Source of the DNA: a virus
Reading direction: 5' to 3' (one strand)
Length of the DNA: 64,000 nucleotides
Virus record (IMG/VR): IMGVR_UViG_3300031963_009547
Part shown: piece after piece, positions 60,868 through 64,000 of the stretch
Layout of the letters: each line of letters opens with the position of its first letter
Numbering within the stretch: position 1 is the first letter of the stretch
Position numbers and translations under genes: made by a program
Notes under the pieces: model-generated
Seen by the model: the letters and a program-made list of their open reading frames with translations, nothing else
Told to the model about the DNA's origin: nothing
The model's database searches: none

Positions 60868-61024
60868 TGAACGAGAAAGATTAATGAAACAAGCTGAGGA
60901 GTATAAACAAGAATTATACTCCCAGCTTAAATCATTAGATAAATCACAAGTAAGAAACACAATACACGAAGAACAAAAATATTCTTTATGGAACAGAATT
61001 ATAACGGTATTGGGGATGAAATAA
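60818..61024 (+). CDS. Hypothetical coiled-coil protein
   Basis: 68 aa, overlapping its neighbours. Confidence 0.5.
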   Translation: MTKLTPKLEKEIQQLNDERERLMKQAEEYKQELYSQLKSLDKSQVRNTIHEEQKYSLWNRIITVLGMK

Positions 61025-61209
61025 AAAAATTAGCAGAAGTAGTTGAAATTTTAGATAACAGTTTTTTTTATTCAAATCAAACGGATGTAACAATTACATT
61101 AGATGAGAACAGGTTCCAAAAAATATTATTATATTTAAATCACAAAACAACGGACAAAAAATGTATAGTATCAATAGGTAATACTAACTTTACCTTTTTG
61201 AAAAAGTAG
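60988..61209 (+). CDS. Hypothetical protein
   Basis: 73 aa. Confidence 0.5.
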   Translation: MEQNYNGIGDEIKKLAEVVEILDNSFFYSNQTDVTITLDENRFQKILLYLNHKTTDKKCIVSIGNTNFTFLKK

Positions 61210-61831
61210 TTTTCAATCTATATAGTCTTTTTTTGTCAAATCCCTTTTTTTCCATAATATCATACAACCATTTTCTTTGAGCTGAGGACACATCTTTAAC
61301 AAAGATAGCATCCTTTCTATTATGACTATAGAAATAATCTTGTAGAACGTCTAAAAATCTGTTTGACTCGTCACTATCCTTTAAAGAAAATACATTCACA
61401 TCATCATCTATCTGTACACATATTTTGTTATTTAGTGTAAATATATTTTTCAAGTCTTTTGATTTACAGTAAGACTTTAAAAAGTTATCAAAATTTATCT
61501 TTTCTTGTTTTTGCCAATCAAAAATTAACTCCTCAACCTTGTATTTTTTAATATTTAAAAAAACATATTCAGGATTTTCTAAATTAACTGGACTATTGCG
61601 TCCATAATCATCGGTAATATATAAACTAGGTTGAAATGATTGATTTTTAGATAATAAACCTAGTTCATAATCTGATGGTTCAGCATTTTCAATTCTTTTT
61701 TCAAAAACAACGTTATTTTCTTTTATCATACGATTAAAAAAATTAGTTGCTTGTTTTTCTGTGACGTAACGTTTGATAATTTTTTTTCTTTTCCTATTCT
61801 TAAAAAGAACAATTATGTAGTTATCTTTCAT
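61190..61831 (-). CDS. Hypothetical protein on the minus strand
   Basis: 213-aa ORF with reversed strand skew (T-rich + strand) and no competing + ORF. Confidence 0.75.
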   Translation of the reverse strand: MKDNYIIVLFKNRKRKKIIKRYVTEKQATNFFNRMIKENNVVFEKRIENAEPSDYELGLLSKNQSFQPSLYITDDYGRNSPVNLENPEYVFLNIKKYKVEELIFDWQKQEKINFDNFLKSYCKSKDLKNIFTLNNKICVQIDDDVNVFSLKDSDESNRFLDVLQDYFYSHNRKDAIFVKDVSSAQRKWLYDIMEKKGFDKKRLYRLKTTFSKR

Positions 61832-62819
61832 GAAAAATTATTATGACATTTTAGGGGTCTCTGAAACATCATCACAGGATGAAATTAAAAAGGCGTATAG
61901 ACAATTATCTAAACAATATCATCCAGATGTAAACCCTGAAGGTGAAGAAAAGTTTAAAGAGGTTTCTGAGGCGTATGAAAATATAGGTGATGAAACAAAA
62001 CGAAGAGACTACGACAATAGAAGAAATAACCCATTTGCAAATATGGGCGGACATGGAAATTATGACTTCAATAGTATCTTTGAAGAAATGATGGGAGGTC
62101 ATAGACAACAAAGGGCAAGACGAGCACCAGATAAAATAATAAATGTTGACATTAATCCTATTGAATCATACTTGGGGGTAAAAAAAGAAATAAAATACGA
62201 TTATAAAGAGATATGTACACCTTGTAATGGTGATGGGGGTCAAACTTCTATATGTAATACTTGTCGTGGAGTTGGTACAATTACACAACGAGTGGGTAAC
62301 GGTATGTTCAACCAAATAGTACAAACACAATGTCCAAGTTGTTTTGGAAAAGGAAAAATTATTATCAATCCTTGTAATAATTGTTATGGTCAAGGTATTT
62401 TGATAAAAAACGAGACATTACTAGTTACAATACCAAAAAATGTTGATAATGGAAATTTTATGAGAGTACCAGCTAAAGGAGACTTTAATCAAAATATGAA
62501 GTTAAGAGGAGACCTTGTATTACAAATAAATCTTTTTAGTAATGATGGATTCGAAAAGAATGGTAATGACTTGATTTATTATTTGAAATTGAACGTGTTA
62601 GATATTATACTACAAAAACAAATAAAATTACCACATCCCGAAGGTGAGTTACTTATTAACTTACCCAAAAATATTAGTTCTGAAAAACCATTAAGATTGG
62701 TTAAAAAAGGATATAGGGGTGATAGTAATAGTGGGGATTTCTATGTAAAAATGAATATTACAAACGAAATTGATTTACCACAAGAAAAAATTGACCAAAT
62801 ACAGGAGATATTAAAATAA
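61830..62819 (+). CDS. dnaJ: DnaJ (Hsp40) chaperone, type I
   Basis: NYYDILGV, HPD motif, G/F-rich region, four CxxCxGxG repeats, C-terminal domain. Confidence 0.93.
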   Translation: MKNYYDILGVSETSSQDEIKKAYRQLSKQYHPDVNPEGEEKFKEVSEAYENIGDETKRRDYDNRRNNPFANMGGHGNYDFNSIFEEMMGGHRQQRARRAPDKIINVDINPIESYLGVKKEIKYDYKEICTPCNGDGGQTSICNTCRGVGTITQRVGNGMFNQIVQTQCPSCFGKGKIIINPCNNCYGQGILIKNETLLVTIPKNVDNGNFMRVPAKGDFNQNMKLRGDLVLQINLFSNDGFEKNGNDLIYYLKLNVLDIILQKQIKLPHPEGELLINLPKNISSEKPLRLVKKGYRGDSNSGDFYVKMNITNEIDLPQEKIDQIQEILK

Positions 62820-62969
62820 ATCCGCTAAGTATTTAACAATTGTAATTGTACCAACAACACTTGAGAGTAAAATATATAAACCTAACACTAACAGACCTTG
62901 TTGTGTTGTAGATAATCCTTTTTTACATTGTTTACATCCGGTAACTTCTGTTGCTTTTTCTTTTTCCAT
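62811..62969 (-). CDS. Unannotated 52-aa CxxC + single-TM protein
   Basis: MEKEKATEVTGCKQCKKGLSTTQQGLLVLGLYILLSSVVGTITIVKYLADLF*; minus-strand TATTTAT at 63000-63006. Confidence 0.65.
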   Translation of the reverse strand: MEKEKATEVTGCKQCKKGLSTTQQGLLVLGLYILLSSVVGTITIVKYLADLF

Positions 62970-62993
62970 AACTATATTTTAATTAATCATTAG

Positions 62994-63024
62994 TTGAAAA
63001 TAAATATCAAAAAAACTATATTTG
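62994..63024. promoter_or_regulatory. Overlapping divergent promoters
   Basis: + strand: TTGAAA-N17-TATATTTG toward 63029. - strand: TATTTAT at 63000-63006 toward 62969. Confidence 0.5.
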
Positions 63025-63028
63025 TAAT

Positions 63029-63868
63029 ATGTTAAGTTATATCGGAGGAAAAAGTAAGATAGGAAAGTGGATTGTCCCTTTCTATGATAAAGATATGGAG
63101 GTCTATTTAGAGACTTTTGGTGGAATGTTTTGGTGTTTCTATAATATGGACCTAAAACAGTTTCCAAACCTAAAGAAAGTTGTTTATAATGACTTTAATC
63201 CACTAAACTACAATCTATTCAAGTGTGTTCAAAACCCAACTGAATTGTTAAGAGCAATCAACTCTATTGATTGTCAAAAACAAGGTGTGGACATTACACC
63301 TGAAATATACAAACAACAATTTATCAGCTTTCAGGCTGAATTATTTGGTGAAAATTTCAGCGTAGAACCTGGTGATTATGAAGCTGCTGCTAAATATGTT
63401 TATATCCTAACACAGGTCTTTAGTGGGTCAAAACCTGAAACATCAAACTTTATTGACCTTAAAGGTAAGTATAAATCAAAATACCTTACATTTAGAGACA
63501 AGTTATCAAAACCTGATTGGGTTGAACATTTCTTAAAGATTACAGATGTAGAAAATATGGATTTTGCTGACGTGATACAGAAATACGATTCACCATCAAC
63601 TTACATTTATTTGGACCCACCATACTGGAAGACAGAAAATTACTACTCCAACCACGATTTTGATAGAAAAGACCACGAAAGATTAGCAAACGTTTTACAC
63701 AATATACAAGGTAAATTTTCGTTATCGTATTATGATTTTGAACTATTACACCAATGGTTTCCTGAAGACCAATATACTTGGGTGAAAAAAGAGTTTGCTA
63801 AAGCGGCTTCGGCTAAGAAGGGGGAGAAACAAAATATGGGTGAAGAATTACTCATTATGAACTACTAA
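63029..63868 (+). CDS. DNA adenine methyltransferase, Dam/D12 family (orphan)
   Basis: SYIGGKS, ETFGG, VYNDFN, IYLDPPY, FSLSY, ELLIMNY. Confidence 0.88.
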   Translation: MLSYIGGKSKIGKWIVPFYDKDMEVYLETFGGMFWCFYNMDLKQFPNLKKVVYNDFNPLNYNLFKCVQNPTELLRAINSIDCQKQGVDITPEIYKQQFISFQAELFGENFSVEPGDYEAAAKYVYILTQVFSGSKPETSNFIDLKGKYKSKYLTFRDKLSKPDWVEHFLKITDVENMDFADVIQKYDSPSTYIYLDPPYWKTENYYSNHDFDRKDHERLANVLHNIQGKFSLSYYDFELLHQWFPEDQYTWVKKEFAKAASAKKGEKQNMGEELLIMNY

Positions 63869-63914
63869 TTATTATTTTTATTAAATTTGTAATATTTATT
63901 ATATAAAAACAGTT

Positions 63915-64000
63915 ATGAATATGCGTTTTACATCTATATTGAAAGATTTGATTGTTGAGTCATCAAGATTTCAAGTATTATATGACAAATTTGTTAAAGC
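63915..64000 (+). CDS. Partial ORF running off the window
   Basis: MNMRFTSILKDLIVESSRFQVLYDKFVK..., preceded by TATTTAT at 63893. Confidence 0.55.
   Translation, partial: MNMRFTSILKDLIVESSRFQVLYDKFVK

Noticed and set aside
1-64000. Alternative genetic code (TAG/TGA recoding)
   Set aside because: Conserved genes are full length in the standard code, and TAA, TGA and TAG all end genes at the expected positions.
1-64000. Eukaryotic giant virus or cellular origin, suggested by mucin tracts, GT60, the RNR type and DnaJ
   Set aside because: gp25/gp6 baseplate genes, gp32/UvsX, a sigma70 factor, coupled operons and intrinsic terminators indicate a tailed bacteriophage.
1-64000. tRNA or rRNA genes
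   Set aside because: No cloverleaf with a T-loop and acceptor stem was seen in the few intergenic gaps.

Overview
This is a 64 kb, AT-rich, gene-dense segment of a large T4-like (contractile-tailed) bacteriophage genome, almost all on the + strand and in the standard genetic code. Several signals point to a Bacteroidota host (inference): TAnnTTTG promoters, no obvious Shine-Dalgarno sites, a Bacteroidota-type sigma70, SprB repeats and an Hc1-family protein. Gene order: (1) a replication/recombination block (gp32-like SSB, UvsX/RecA, 5'-3' exonuclease, DnaB/gp41 helicase, class Ia RNR nrdB-nrdA); (2) a ~33 kb baseplate/tail-appendage block (gp25, gp6, a gp7-like protein, Cys-rich SprB-repeat proteins, a collagen-like fibre and a YadA-like fibre); (3) RuvC-like resolvase, primase, exonuclease, Mre11/Rad50 and an R-M-like cassette; (4) sigma factor, candidate small RNA, lysis-like genes, putative head-internal proteins, Hc1, DnaJ and a second Dam-family methyltransferase. 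The best candidate for an undescribed system is a two-gene glycosyltransferase cassette (GT60-like initiator plus a GT-A, possibly GT31-like, extender). It sits among putative virion proteins carrying mucin-like (Pro-Thr)n and Gly-Ser/Thr collagen-like tracts, suggesting phage-encoded mucin-type O-glycosylation of tail appendages. Also notable: repeated adaptor+fibre cassettes, a pseudoknotted ~130-nt RNA with its own promoter and terminator, apparent GATC avoidance, and interleaved opposite-strand genes around dnaJ. All family assignments are from motif recognition by eye; no searches were run.
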